Source of the DNA: Terriglobia bacterium
GTDB taxonomy: Bacteria; Acidobacteriota; Terriglobia; 20CM-2-55-15
NCBI GenBank assembly: GCA_965198225.1
Contig: CBDAOY010000005.1
Span: forward strand, 704,001-768,000
Direction: 5' to 3'
DNA length: 64,000 bases
The position numbers were made by a program, and so were the translations under genes. Shown here piece after piece: positions 51,801 to 61,186 of the stretch. The stretch's first letter is position 1. The number at the start of each line of letters is the position of its first letter. The notes under the pieces are model-generated. The model was not told the origin of the DNA. It saw only the letters and a program-made list of their open reading frames with translations, and did not search any database.

Positions 51801-53635
51801 CTGAAACCGAGCCCCCCTGTGCCCGCCACGGTCGTGATCATCCCGGTGGAGTCGATTTTGCGGATACGGTGGTTGTTCATATCAGCGATGTAGAGGTTGC
51901 CCGCTCCGTCCAACGCCACACCCTCGGGCCAGGAGAGCGTCGCCTGAGTCGCCGGTCCTCCGTCCCCGCTGAAATCGCTCTTCCCCGTCCCGGCAATCGT
52001 CGTGATCGTCCCGTTGGAATCGACCTTGAGGATGCGATGGTTGTTCCTATGGGCGATGTAGAGGTTGCCCGCCCTGTCCACCGCCACGCCATCGGGAGAG
52101 GAGAACCACGCCTGGGTTGCCGGACCGCCGTCCCCGCTGAAACCGAATTCCTCCGTGCCCGCCACGGTCGTGATCGTCCCGGTGGAATCGACCTTGCGGA
52201 TCCGGTGGTTGCTGCTGTCGGCAAAGTAGAGGTTGCCCACGCCGTCCACCGCCACGCCATCGGGAGAGTTGAGCTCCGCCTGAGTCGCCGGTCCGCCGTC
52301 CCCGCTGAAACGGAGCTCTCCCGTGCCAGCCACGGTTGTGATCGTTCCGGTGGAATCGATCTTGCGGATGAGGCCGTTGCCGGTATCGGCGATGTAGAGG
52401 TTGCCCGCCCCGTCCACCGCCACGTCCTCGGGAGCGGTGAGCTGTGCCTGGGTTGCCGGCCCGCCGTCTCCGCCGGAACCAATCACCCTCGGTCTCCCTG
52501 CCACGGTCGTGATCGTTCCGGTGGAATCGATCTTGCGGATGAGGCGGTTGCCGGTATCGGCGATATAGAGGTTGCCCGCCCCGTCCGCCGCCACGCCCTC
52601 GGGCCAGGAGAGCGACGCCTGAGTCGCCGCCCCGCCGTCTCCGTGGAAACCACTCGCCCTCGGTCTCCCTGCCACGGTCGTGCCCGTCCCCGCGGAATCG
52701 ACCTTGAGGATGCGGTGGTTGCGCCTGTCGGCGATATAGAGGTTGCCCGCCCCGTCCACCGCCACGCCTGTGGGAGAGTTGAGCGGCGCCCCAGTCGCCG
52801 GGTCTCCATTCCGGAAAAATTCGGAACCCATCCCGCCCGCCACGGTCGTGATTGTCCCGGTGGAGTCGACCTTGCGGATCCGGTCGTTGCGCTCATCGGC
52901 AAAGTAGAGGTTGCCCGTCGCGTCCACCGCCATGCCACGGGGAGAGTCGATCTGCGCCTGAGTCGCCGGTCCGCTGTCACCGCTGATACCGTGCTCCCCC
53001 GTGCCCGCCACGGTCGTGATCGTCCCGTTGGAATCGACCTTGCGGATGCGGTGGTTGCTGCTGTCAGCGATGTAGAGGTTGCCCGCCCCGTCCACCGCCA
53101 CGCCATAGGGAGAGTTGATCTGCGCCTGAGTCGCCGGTCCGCCATCGCCGCTGATACCGCGCTCCCCCGTGCCCGCCACGGTCGTGATCGTCCCGTTGGA
53201 ATCGACCTTGCGGATGCGGTGGTTGCTGCTGTCGGCGATGTAGAGGTTGCCTGCCCCGTCCACCGCCACACCCTCGGGACGGGCGATCCGCGCCTGAGTC
53301 GCAGGGCCGCCGTCCTCAAGCACTCGCTGCCCGGCGAAAGTATCGATTCTATAGCTGGTCTGAAGCTGCGCCCAGGCCACTGGAGTGAGCAGTGCCAGGC
53401 AGCCGATAAGAGAAGTGAACCTGGCCAGGAAACGCCCCCCGGACCGTCCATAGGCCCGACGTGGGCGGGGATTACCGGGCCGGTCCGGGAAGAACTCATC
53501 GGCGGCGCATGCCCGCCCGCCGACGGCAAACGCGTAGACTCGCCAACCGCGCGCTCGCAGCGCTGAAAGTATGCTGGATAATTGAGTCATGGATGAATGT
53601 AGCGTTCTGCGTTCTGCGGTTAGTGTATCGTTCAT
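48899..53635 (-). CDS. Large secreted NHL-repeat protein (18 repeats) with a duplicated C-terminal beta-rich domain
   Basis: 18 copies of about 56 aa 'P.GVAVDGAGNLYIAD..N.RIRKVDSTGTITTVAG.G..GFSGDGGPA'; two 'FPHF...GWTTQ' units; true start probably nearer the signal peptide (~53450). Confidence 0.9.
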   Translation of the reverse strand: MNDTLTAERRTLHSSMTQLSSILSALRARGWRVYAFAVGGRACAADEFFPDRPGNPRPRRAYGRSGGRFLARFTSLIGCLALLTPVAWAQLQTSYRIDTFAGQRVLEDGGPATQARIARPEGVAVDGAGNLYIADSSNHRIRKVDSNGTITTVAGTGERGISGDGGPATQAQINSPYGVAVDGAGNLYIADSSNHRIRKVDSNGTITTVAGTGEHGISGDSGPATQAQIDSPRGMAVDATGNLYFADERNDRIRKVDSTGTITTVAGGMGSEFFRNGDPATGAPLNSPTGVAVDGAGNLYIADRRNHRILKVDSAGTGTTVAGRPRASGFHGDGGAATQASLSWPEGVAADGAGNLYIADTGNRLIRKIDSTGTITTVAGRPRVIGSGGDGGPATQAQLTAPEDVAVDGAGNLYIADTGNGLIRKIDSTGTITTVAGTGELRFSGDGGPATQAELNSPDGVAVDGVGNLYFADSSNHRIRKVDSTGTITTVAGTEEFGFSGDGGPATQAWFSSPDGVAVDRAGNLYIAHRNNHRILKVDSNGTITTIAGTGKSDFSGDGGPATQATLSWPEGVALDGAGNLYIADMNNHRIRKIDSTGMITTVAGTGGLGFSGDGGPASQAQINSPEGVAVDGAGNLYIADTGNHRLRKVDSTGMITTVAGTGGLGFSGDGGPASQAQINSPEGVAVDGAGNLYIADRGNRIRKVDSTGTITTLAGTGERGFSGDGGPASQAQINTPTGVAVDGAGNLYIADRGNRIRKVDSTGTITTIAGTGKFGFSGDGGPATEAWIELPTGIAVDGAGNLYIADFGNGRIRKVDSTGTITTVAGTGGLGFRGDGGPATEAWIELPTGIAVDGAGNLYFADAVNDRIRKVDSTGTITTVAGTGLRGFSGDGGPASQAPINTPTGIAVDGAGNLYFAETRNHRIRKVDSAGTITTVAGTGRRGFSGDGGPASQAGLNSPYGVAVDGAGNLYITDRNNFRIRKVDSTGMITTVAGTGLRGFSGDGSPASQAQIELPTGVAVDGVGNLYIADAGNFRIRKVDSTGVITTIAGTGERGFSGDGGPASQAQISHIRGVAVDGVGNLYIADAGNYRIRLLSPTGTSATQRFSIPDQGGVSLTSQGASPALVAGYGQVAAGAGMTLPTGLAIFGSRQDGILVSEAGVPAAAAVLEGRIFAETDGALRTGIAMANPNGTAATIGFFFTDSQGIDSGHGTFMLGPREQIAQFLDEDPFNGGDAVWGTFTFSSDLPVAVIALRGFVNERSEFLMTTLPVAPLTVPTPATVYFPHFAAGAGWTTQVILVNPTHAPIQGSVQFLGPGSETANAGPATLTLADGSNGSAFPYAIPPRSATRLQTASPTGPIQTGSVRVVADPGHAAPSGVSIFSYQNAGVTVSEAGVPASISGNAFRVYGETSGTPGQPGSVRSGIALTNTSETATVVSLELTALDGSASGLTESLTLPASGQAARFIDEFFPALATPFSGILRIASPTPDIAVVGLRLTTNQRFDIVVTTTPPADENAAAHASDLFFPHFVDSGGWTTQFVLFSGTAGQTSSGSIRFTGQNGQPLELAVEPTTPPASP

Positions 53636-53949
53636 GGTTTTGATCTGTTGTTAAACTCTCACCGGAATATTCCGGTTTTTTCCGCTGCACATCCATTCCC
53701 GCGCCCAGGGCTCGGAGCTTCTCTCGCCTCCGGACCGCGTCTTTGAGGAGATTTCGTCTGGACCTCGGGGCGCTATCATCCTGGACCCGGAGCAATTGTG
53801 CGCACTACCCCGGCTTTTCAAGAGTCCTCACTTGAAGAGTCAAACCTGTTTCACGATGCCGGCACTTTGCCAGCTACCGGTGACCGCTGCTGCGGGAGAA
53901 TTCTGGCGGGAACCCCGGAGGGCTGGGCCGGATCCGTAAGGGCGGGAAT

Positions 53950-54325
53950 TCCTATCTACCGGATGTTCTTGTGGTCGGCGCACGGACACAGTATCACGTC
54001 GGCGACTCTGCTGAAGTGGAGGCTCCGCATTCATGAAGAATGCGGGCATAACCAGGCGGCGGTGGCGCTCGCCAACAAGCTGTGCCGACGATCTGCGCCG
54101 CCTGGAAGCGCGATTCCGACTATCCGGAGGCCAGACCGGATTTCGTTGCAGCAGGCCGCACTGACGTTCCTGTGCTGGCGTATCGGTCGGTCGGCGCGGG
54201 CACACGCCGACAAACTTCAGGCCCCTTCGGGGCTGTCATTTGACGCCTGGCGCCGCGTGCGACCTTGCATCGTGGCCTGAAATCCTACAATTCCACTGGA
54301 GCGGCTGGAGCTGCGGATGCAGTCG
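53950..54325 (+). pseudogene. Degraded IS110/IS1111 element: transposase C-terminus plus non-coding scaffold
   Basis: 'GHNQAAVALANKL'; 54178-54325 aligns with 42063-42209. Confidence 0.75.
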
Positions 54326-54330
54326 TCGGC

Positions 54331-54672
54331 CAATACCTCGGCCACGCTGCGCTGAAGGGCCCGATCTTGAACACAGGGCACGCCCAGGGGACGTTTCTCC
54401 TGCTTGCCGGGCTTGGGGATATACACCCGCCGAATCGGCGGAGCGCGATATCCCTTCTGGTGAACAGACTGGAGCATTGGCTCCACCCAGACTCCGAATT
54501 CCTCCTTCGCCTCCGGTACCCTCTGACCATCACATCCGGGAGCCGTGTTGCGGGGCACTTGACACAGGTTCTTCCACACACGCTCTCGGGTGACATGATG
54601 CGCCAGTGACGTGAACCGGAGCTTTGGCTCACTCCGAGCTTTCGCCGCTATTCGTTCCAGTTTCGTTTCCAT
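54331..54672 (-). pseudogene. Truncated intron B reverse transcriptase
   Basis: METKLERIAAKA...RFTSLAHH, APGCDG, RRVYIPKPGK, RPLGVP; stops before YADD. Confidence 0.88.
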
Positions 54673-54798
54673 GACTGGTTGTTCCTCTCGTTGCATAGAG
54701 GACCGTATCCTCCCGTTGCATGGAGCTCATGTTTCCCAAGAACGAGTCCACTTCTGCTGGCCGCTTCCCCATGTGATCGGCTCTCCCGACCTCGGAGT

Positions 54799-55704
54799 GT
54801 AGAGTCGAAAGTGGTCGGGCCGATCGGCCCTTCCACCGTCCGCTCAATCAAACGGCTCGTGCGGTTTTCCCGCAAGCCGCTTTCCTCAGTTGCTCCTCGT
54901 TCGGAATTCGCTGTGTGGCGGCAGGTGGCGGCTTCGTTCGTACCGCGTTTGGGTCTTTCGCTAAGGGAACTATCCAATTCCACGATATCTCCGCGTTTCC
55001 CATCGCTCGCACATTCACGACTGAGTACGGGGACTTCCCCCTCCAACGGGCCTTTTGGACCCGCCAGCGCCGCTGCTCGAAGCAACGATCCGAGACCTTA
55101 TGTTTGCCGTCTCGTTCCTGAGTACTATTCCCCGATCCGATTCCTGACACCGCGTCGGCCGGAATTTCGCTCTCGCTTATATCCGCACCTACCGCGCAGG
55201 GCTCTAGGTCGATGTTTGTCTTCTCGGTTGCCCGCCCTTTCGTCTGCGGGTGCCACATCATCTCGACCTTACCTTCCGCTCGGACGATACCAGGCCTCCC
55301 TGGGTCACTCGCGTCTCTTCTCCACCGTGTCGCCCGCACACACCTTGGTGCGATGGGGTGGAACCAATGCGCCTTCGCCCCAATAGTGCGGGCTCGACCA
55401 TTCCCCATCTTTGGCCGACCGGTTCATCCTCGGGATGGCTCCCGTCGATTACGACCCGGTGGTTCTCCTCATGCCCTTCAGACCCCACCTCGCGGTGGGC
55501 GCCCTGCCCTCCAAAGTTTCCGTAGCTGGCTCCAGCTTTGCCTTGGCCGTATCCGGCTTTCGCCTTCGTGCCCGTTTAGGCATCTGCACTACCTGTCTAC
55601 ACTTCGGCCAGTGAGGCATTACCCCCACTTGTTGGATATCGACCCGTGGCCTCGGGCCGAGCGGGACTTTAACCCGCCGGAAACGCGTGCTGCCAGGCAC
55701 GCAC
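54799..55704 (-). mobile_element. ORF-less group II intron C nested in intron B
   Basis: 5' GTGCG at 55704; domain V AAGCGGCTTGCGGGAAAACCGCACGAGCCGTTT; 3' ...GACTCTAC at 54799; no RT ORF. Confidence 0.82.
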
Positions 55705-56167
55705 TATCAGCCAGTCTGACTTCCGACAGGCCTTCGGGTCTTCCTCGCGTTGTTGGCTTGTCCAACCCTACAAGCTCCGCTTGAACCTGACGGATCTCCC
55801 TTGTTCCCATGAAATCCTTGGTTGCATGCCGGCGGTACGAACCCCGGAAGGTTGCCATTGCGTGCCCTGCGATTCCGCCTTCCCCGGCGGTACGAACCCC
55901 GGAAGCACCCCAGGGCACGCCATTGCGTGCCCTGCGATTCCGCCTTCCCCCAGCGACAGGGTCGGCTACTTCAACCACGTTCGATCAACCACGTTCGATT
56001 TCGGGGCTATCTTTCCGTTCACTGGTGTTCCGGCCTACTCCCTCCCTGTCTACGCTTCGCAGTGTCCGTCACCGACCACCACGCAAGACTCGGTACGTGG
56101 CTGCCGGCTAGGCTCTGCCACGGCCGCCATCTCAGGCGACTGGATCTCATGCGCTTGCAAGGCGCAA

Positions 56168-58050
56168 CGCTCATCGAACCGGACATGCAGATTTCCCGCA
56201 TCCGGCTCTCGGACGAGATCATGCCTTCGCCCACGGAAAGCTCGCCGTACGCGGCGCAAGATGCGTGAGCCCGTAATCGGACCAGAGCCGCTCGACCGGG
56301 AAGCGCACGTGTTTCCCGGTCCGCACCTTGTGCTTACGGCAGAGCCACTGGCGCAGCCGCCGAGTTGCGTGCCGGTCAATCGCCTCGTAGGCCGGGCTGA
56401 CCTGTCCCAGGGTGAAGTAGTTCGCCCAACCGGTCAGCAACCGGTTGAGGCGTCCCACTACGACCTCCGGCGGCAGGAGCGCGTGACGCGGCGTGGTCAA
56501 CTCGCTCACACGACGGCAGATGCTCTGGACGCTTTCCCGGCTCGGACGTGTGCCTATGTAGGCGGCACCCGTGTCCGGCCGGTAGTTGCAACCAATCCGG
56601 TAGCCGAGGAACGTCATCGATTCCTCCGGCACCCGGCAGCAGCGGGTCTTCTCAACGTTCATCGCCAACTTCAGACGTTTTATCAGGGCTTCGACCGCCG
56701 CTAGCATTACCGCTGCCGGCGCGCGACCGAGAACCGCGAAGTCATCCGCGTAGTTGACGATTTCCGCCTTGAAGTGCCGGGCGTAGCCCAGCACCTTCCA
56801 GCCCAGAATGAAGCGCCGCATGTAGATGTTGCTGAACAGCGGCGAGATCGGAGACCCTTGCGGGGTCCCCTTCCGCTCGTGACGCGCCCGGTTCGTGCGG
56901 CGGCGACCGCCGCGCCCGTCGTCCTCTTCCACCGCCATCTCCAGCCACGCCTTGACCCAGCCCAACAGCCGCCCGTCGCTCACGCGCCGGGCGATGGACT
57001 TCATCAGGTCCGCGTGCGGAATCTGGCCGAAGTAGTCCGACAGGTCGGCGTCCACCACCTCCCGGTGGCCCGTCCTCAGCAGCCGATGCACGCGCCTGAT
57101 TGCGTCATGCGCGTCTCGGCCCGGCCGGTACGCATACTGCTCCGGTTGCAGGTCGGCTTCGAAGATCGGCGATAACACCAGCATCGCCGCCGTCTGCACC
57201 ACCCGATCCCGGAGACACGGAATGCCCAACGGCCGGAACTTCCCTCGTTGCTTCTTCGGGATGAGAACCTGCCGAACCGCATGCGGCCGATAGGTCCCTT
57301 CCTTCAGGTCCCGCGCCAGTGCTCCCAGCCACCGGTCTACCCCAAGCGCCTCGATGTCTCCGACCGTCTCGCCGTCCACCCCGGCCGCGCCGCCGTTGCG
57401 GCGCACGGCCTGCCAGGCGACTGCGAGCACGTCGTCGCGCCACACCTTGTCGCTCAGAGAGTAGAACCGGAAGCCCAGAGCTTCCTTCGCTTTCGCATGT
57501 AGCGCCGTCTGGAGTCGCTGAACTCTCTCCGAGGCTGTTAGGCTCTCGCCAGTCCTCATGTCCCTTCCTCCGTCATGCGCTGCTCTCGAACTGAGGTCCC
57601 TTCCCTCCACCGGCATTACCCGGCTTCCCTGGTACTGCGGACCTCTCCGCCACCCTGTCGGCCCAACCTGACCCTCGCGGGCTGTCGGTTGGCGCATGCC
57701 ACGCCACCGGCAGGGCTTCCCGTGTTGCGTCCATCCCCCCCTTCCACACGTGCCGCCGCTACTACCCCGGCGGAACCGGTCGGTGCTCGCGTCGCTCGCT
57801 TCCCGACCGCTGGCAGCCTTCCCCGTATTCCGGGCGGATCGGCTTCCGCATCGCTTCGTTACGAGGCCTGCGCAGCGTTCACATCGTTGCGGCCCGCGTG
57901 GTCGCTGAACCGCCCAGGGCGGCCCTTTGTCATCGGAGTGCTTCAGCCGATGTCGTTACCTCCATCGTCCGCTCCGACTGCTACCGGCTGGAGCGACAGT
58001 TGCCGGGCGGGGTTCGCACCCGCTGGGGAATGGCGCCTTTCACGGCGCAC
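56168..58050 (-). mobile_element. Group II intron A copy 2 (class F-like), domain VI displaced
   Basis: 5' GTGCG at 58050; domain V at about 56175-56208; near-identical to copy 1. Confidence 0.92.
56219..57559 (-). CDS. ltrA: Group II intron reverse transcriptase/maturase
   Basis: Same motifs as 39455-40795, including YADD. Confidence 0.93.
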   Translation of the reverse strand: MRTGESLTASERVQRLQTALHAKAKEALGFRFYSLSDKVWRDDVLAVAWQAVRRNGGAAGVDGETVGDIEALGVDRWLGALARDLKEGTYRPHAVRQVLIPKKQRGKFRPLGIPCLRDRVVQTAAMLVLSPIFEADLQPEQYAYRPGRDAHDAIRRVHRLLRTGHREVVDADLSDYFGQIPHADLMKSIARRVSDGRLLGWVKAWLEMAVEEDDGRGGRRRTNRARHERKGTPQGSPISPLFSNIYMRRFILGWKVLGYARHFKAEIVNYADDFAVLGRAPAAVMLAAVEALIKRLKLAMNVEKTRCCRVPEESMTFLGYRIGCNYRPDTGAAYIGTRPSRESVQSICRRVSELTTPRHALLPPEVVVGRLNRLLTGWANYFTLGQVSPAYEAIDRHATRRLRQWLCRKHKVRTGKHVRFPVERLWSDYGLTHLAPRTASFPWAKA

Positions 58051-58427
58051 CAAAATCCAACGCTAAGGGTTGTCGCCTAGTGTCCTTAGCGGTCTCAATG
58101 CGGCTCCGTGGAGGTCCTCGTCCAAGTCGAAGCGGGTACTTCCCGTAGGGGTTGAGGTGGCCGTAGAGCGCTGCCGGCGTTGGTCTGAAGCCAAGTCTGG
58201 AGTTCGGGCTCCTGAGAATCGGAGGTTTTGGCGGCTCGTGGATACCCGGAGATAGACGGCGATGGCCCGGAGGTTCACCCGACCATTACTCTGGGGCTCA
58301 CAGAAACCCCAAAGAATCACGACATAGCCCAATTATTTCAACGAACCCTTCAAGTCGGACACTGCCTGATCGCTTCAGGTCCAGCAGCCCTTAGCGTTGG
58401 ATTTTGCACCGTTGCTATCGTAACCCC
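58051..58427. mobile_element. Tn3-family miniature element with a resolvase scrap
   Basis: 38-bp inverted repeat GGGGTTACGATAGCAACGGTGCAAAATCCAACGCTAAG (58427-58390); inner 17 bp of the partner repeat at 58051-58067; 'VYLRVST' fragment. Confidence 0.8.
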
Positions 58428-58480
58428 TATAACTTGAAAACCGTCTCTTAGAAAAACGGCTCTTCTGTCCGAATTACTCT

Positions 58481-58760
58481 TGTACCGCCCCTGATTTCCT
58501 GGACAGATTCACAACGCCATAATCAAGCCGCCGGTTCGATGGCAAGACGATGTCTGGCCTGAACCGGGGACTGGAAGCCAAGGCGCTGGATCAGCAAGTG
58601 AGTGATGGTTCTAGAGCACTCGGAATTCCTCCAGTGCCGGGGCCAGTTCCTCGACGGACCGGAAGTGCCGGATCCAGAGCAGTTGCTCCTTGAGCGTCCT
58701 GAAGAAGCGTTCGATACGTCCATTGCCTTCCCGCTCGCCCCGAAGGTGCTCCATGCCATC
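58481..58760 (-). pseudogene. IS3/IS481-like transposase 3' remnant with right end
   Basis: 'GNGRIERFFRTLKEQ...LGFQSP' and a terminal ...GGGGCGGTACA. Confidence 0.7.
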
Positions 58761-58801
58761 CACGGCAGGAAGAGCTATCGTTTTCTAGCTCCTGGGTAAT
58801 C

Positions 58802-59026
58802 CTATGCTTCAAGGAATTCTTCTGTTGTTACACCTGCTTGCTTCAGAACCGCCGATAACGTTCCTTCCGGCAAATCTCCAGGGTGATTGGGAACAGTGGT
58901 TCGACGGCGCGTAGTAGGATTCCACCAGATCTCGTGACTTCCTCGTGCTTGCCGGTCGAACTCAAACCCCAACCGCCGCAATTTGCGGGTCACCTGGCGG
59001 CCAGTACAACCTGCCAGCCGACCCAT
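58802..59026 (-). CDS. hicA: HicA family toxin
   Basis: 'LGF...RQARGSH..W...TTVPNHPGDL..GTL'. Confidence 0.92.
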   Translation of the reverse strand: MGRLAGCTGRQVTRKLRRLGFEFDRQARGSHEIWWNPTTRRRTTVPNHPGDLPEGTLSAVLKQAGVTTEEFLEA

Positions 59027-59271
59027 CAGCCGCTTACGGGAACGTCTAACTCAACGATCTCCGCATCCATGGCATGCAGCCCCTTCGGAAGAAGATCGCC
59101 ATGTTCCCGGTAGGATTCGATGAGTTTCCTTGCCACATCTCTAGCAATTTCAACCGCTTCAGCCACGGTTCTCCCTTGAGCGACCAGACCAGGAAGATCA
59201 TCTGAGGTAGCGAGGTGCTGGCCATTTTCGACTCGCCTGATCTGAAGATGCAGCCGATATTCCTCTACCAT
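59026..59271 (-). CDS. hicB: HicB family antitoxin (short form)
   Basis: 'DLPGLVAQGRTVAEA'; TGATG coupling to hicA. Confidence 0.88.
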   Translation of the reverse strand: MVEEYRLHLQIRRVENGQHLATSDDLPGLVAQGRTVAEAVEIARDVARKLIESYREHGDLLPKGLHAMDAEIVELDVPVSG

Positions 59272-59436
59272 CTTTTGCGCTCCTTTCTCCAAGATTCCGC
59301 CGGTTGCTGGACACGAGTGCCGTGGCCGTTCCCCTTCCATTTTCTCTCAAATCGAAATCCTTTCAACGATATTGCGGGGCACACTTTTGGCCACTTTCTA
59401 AGCGCGCTTAAAGCGACTACAGTGATTGGAGGAGTG

Positions 59437-59640
59437 ATGTGGGACGATTTAGCGCGGCTGCCACGGATCAGGACTGCGGATAAGTTCCGAAATCTCGCCA
59501 TAGATCCTGCCGGGAAATACCTGTACGCGACCAATTTGAACGCTGGAAGCGTTGTCGTCATCGATATATTGACGGGCAAGAAAATCAACGAGATTCAGAA
59601 CGTGGGCGAGACGCCTGGATACATGATCGTTGCACCCTGA
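59437..59640 (+). pseudogene. YVTN/YncE beta-propeller C-terminal fragment
   Basis: 'AIDPAGKYLYATNLNAGSVVVID'. Confidence 0.55.
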
Positions 59641-59886
59641 AGTCACGGCTCTCCCCGCTAGTGCTTATGGCGTCATACCCACGGGCCGGGTCACGTACTT
59701 TCCTCCCGCTGCGCGCCGACCATTGTTTCCCGGTCCTGTACGGTCCCACCTATGGATCGGCACGGCCGGGGCGACCCCAAATGCCTTCGCGCTCCGGCTG
59801 GGACAAAGAGGGAAGTCTTACCGAATAAGGTTTCGCGCGGACCGGAGAGAAGGAATGAGGTTGGTAACCGACAAATGAGGGCACTA

Positions 59887-60271
59887 TGATCCGATCGATT
59901 CTGGCCACCCTCCTTTGTCTGCTGGTAGTTACCCCTGCGGGGATGGCACAGCAACCTTTGGCGGAACCGCAGGTAGGATCAATTTCAGGCGTGACCCTGG
60001 ACTCCGGGGGTCAGCCTGTCCGGGGTGCGAGACTAGTTCTCACCCGACTAGACTAGAAAGTCGGGCCGAGTGGGACACAAGAAGCGGGGCGGGGGGCGTT
60101 TTCGGATTGAGGAACTCGAGCCCGGGCGCTACCGACTTCAGGCTCAACACGCGGCCTACGTGCCACAACAATACGGACAAACGACACCGGATCGGCCAAC
60201 CGCGACTATCGACGTCACTCTAGATCAGCCAGTTCCACACGTCGTGTTTCCGCTGATGCGGGCTGGCGTCT
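59887..60271 (+). pseudogene. Frameshifted carboxypeptidase-regulatory-like domain gene, cut by IS256
   Basis: 'GRFRIEELEPGRYRLQA..A.YV...YGQ'. Confidence 0.6.
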
Positions 60272-61186
60272 GAGAGTGAAATCGTAGGTCTTCATGCTGA
60301 TAGAAATGCCTATTCGGAAGATAGAAACAAAGTCTTAGACGGATCAGCACGCCAGGCGCAGACTAAGCGGTAGGAGGTCGTCAATGTTACGAAGCAAGTA
60401 TCGTGGGCTGCCAGTCGTTGCAGTCTGCACGACGATCGTGGGGGTTCTCGCCATCCGCGCCACAGCTCACACACAACAGTCCGAGCTGTCAAGCTTCGCT
60501 CCTGTCCAGGAGCTACCCTCAAAAGGTGTGTAAATAGCATAGGCGGTGATTATCCTTCCGGGTGAAATAAAAACCCGGGCGGAAGAGCCCGAAAGGAAGG
60601 AGTCACACCGCCATGAGCAAGAAGAACATTGATCGAAGTGTGGAGTCAAGAGTCTGCTTTGAACAGCTGGAAGAGTGGGTGCGAGAGCAGATCCAGTTTT
60701 ACGTACAGGAACTGTTGGAGGATGAAGTGACACAGCTGCTGGGACGAAGAAAGAATGAGCGTCGCCGAGAAGTGGACGCACCCGGGGGCTATCGCAACGG
60801 CTACGGTAAGGAGCGGCGACTGACGCTGAGTTGCGGAACGATCAAGCTGCGGCGTCCCCGAGTGCGGGATCTGGAAGAGCGTTTTGAGAGCCGGGTCTTG
60901 CCGCTGTTTGCCAAGCGGACGCAAGAGGTACGAGACTTGATTCCAGAACTCTATTTGCATGGTCTGGCCGAGGGGGATTTCGATCTGGCCTTAAGAGGGC
61001 TTTTAGGGGAAGAAGCGCCGCTGTCCCCCAGCACCGTAGCCCGGTTGAAGGAGAAGTGGCAGGGAGAAATGGAGGCCTGGCAAAGCCGTCGGCTGGACGA
61101 TCTGGAAGTGGTGTATCTGTGGGCAGACGGTGCCTCAGTGGTCACTTCAAAACCGGCCAACGGGGATGGCCCGGGACGGTGTTGTT

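Larger units (their letters stand above)
54331..56167 (-). mobile_element. Group II intron B (class E-like), 3'-truncated, inserted after domain V of intron A copy 2
   Basis: 5' TTGCG at 56167; intron-like motifs (CGAAGCGTAGACAG, GAAGTCAG, CATGGGGAAG); leads into an RT ORF. Confidence 0.8.

Noticed and set aside
50360-53320. Regular ~168-bp repeats as a CRISPR-like array
   Set aside because: They are in-frame protein repeats with no unique spacers, and no cas genes are present
49724-53566. 1280-aa plus-strand ORF
   Set aside because: Antisense shadow of the GC-rich NHL repeats; no independent motifs
55829-55999. Short tandem duplications within intron B as functional repeats
   Set aside because: Imperfect local duplications resembling decay or consensus error
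39455-57559. Reverse transcriptases as DGR, retron or defence RTs
   Set aside because: Each lies within a group II intron (with domain V, or intron 5' motifs for the truncated one); no TR/VR pair with adenine-specific differences was seen
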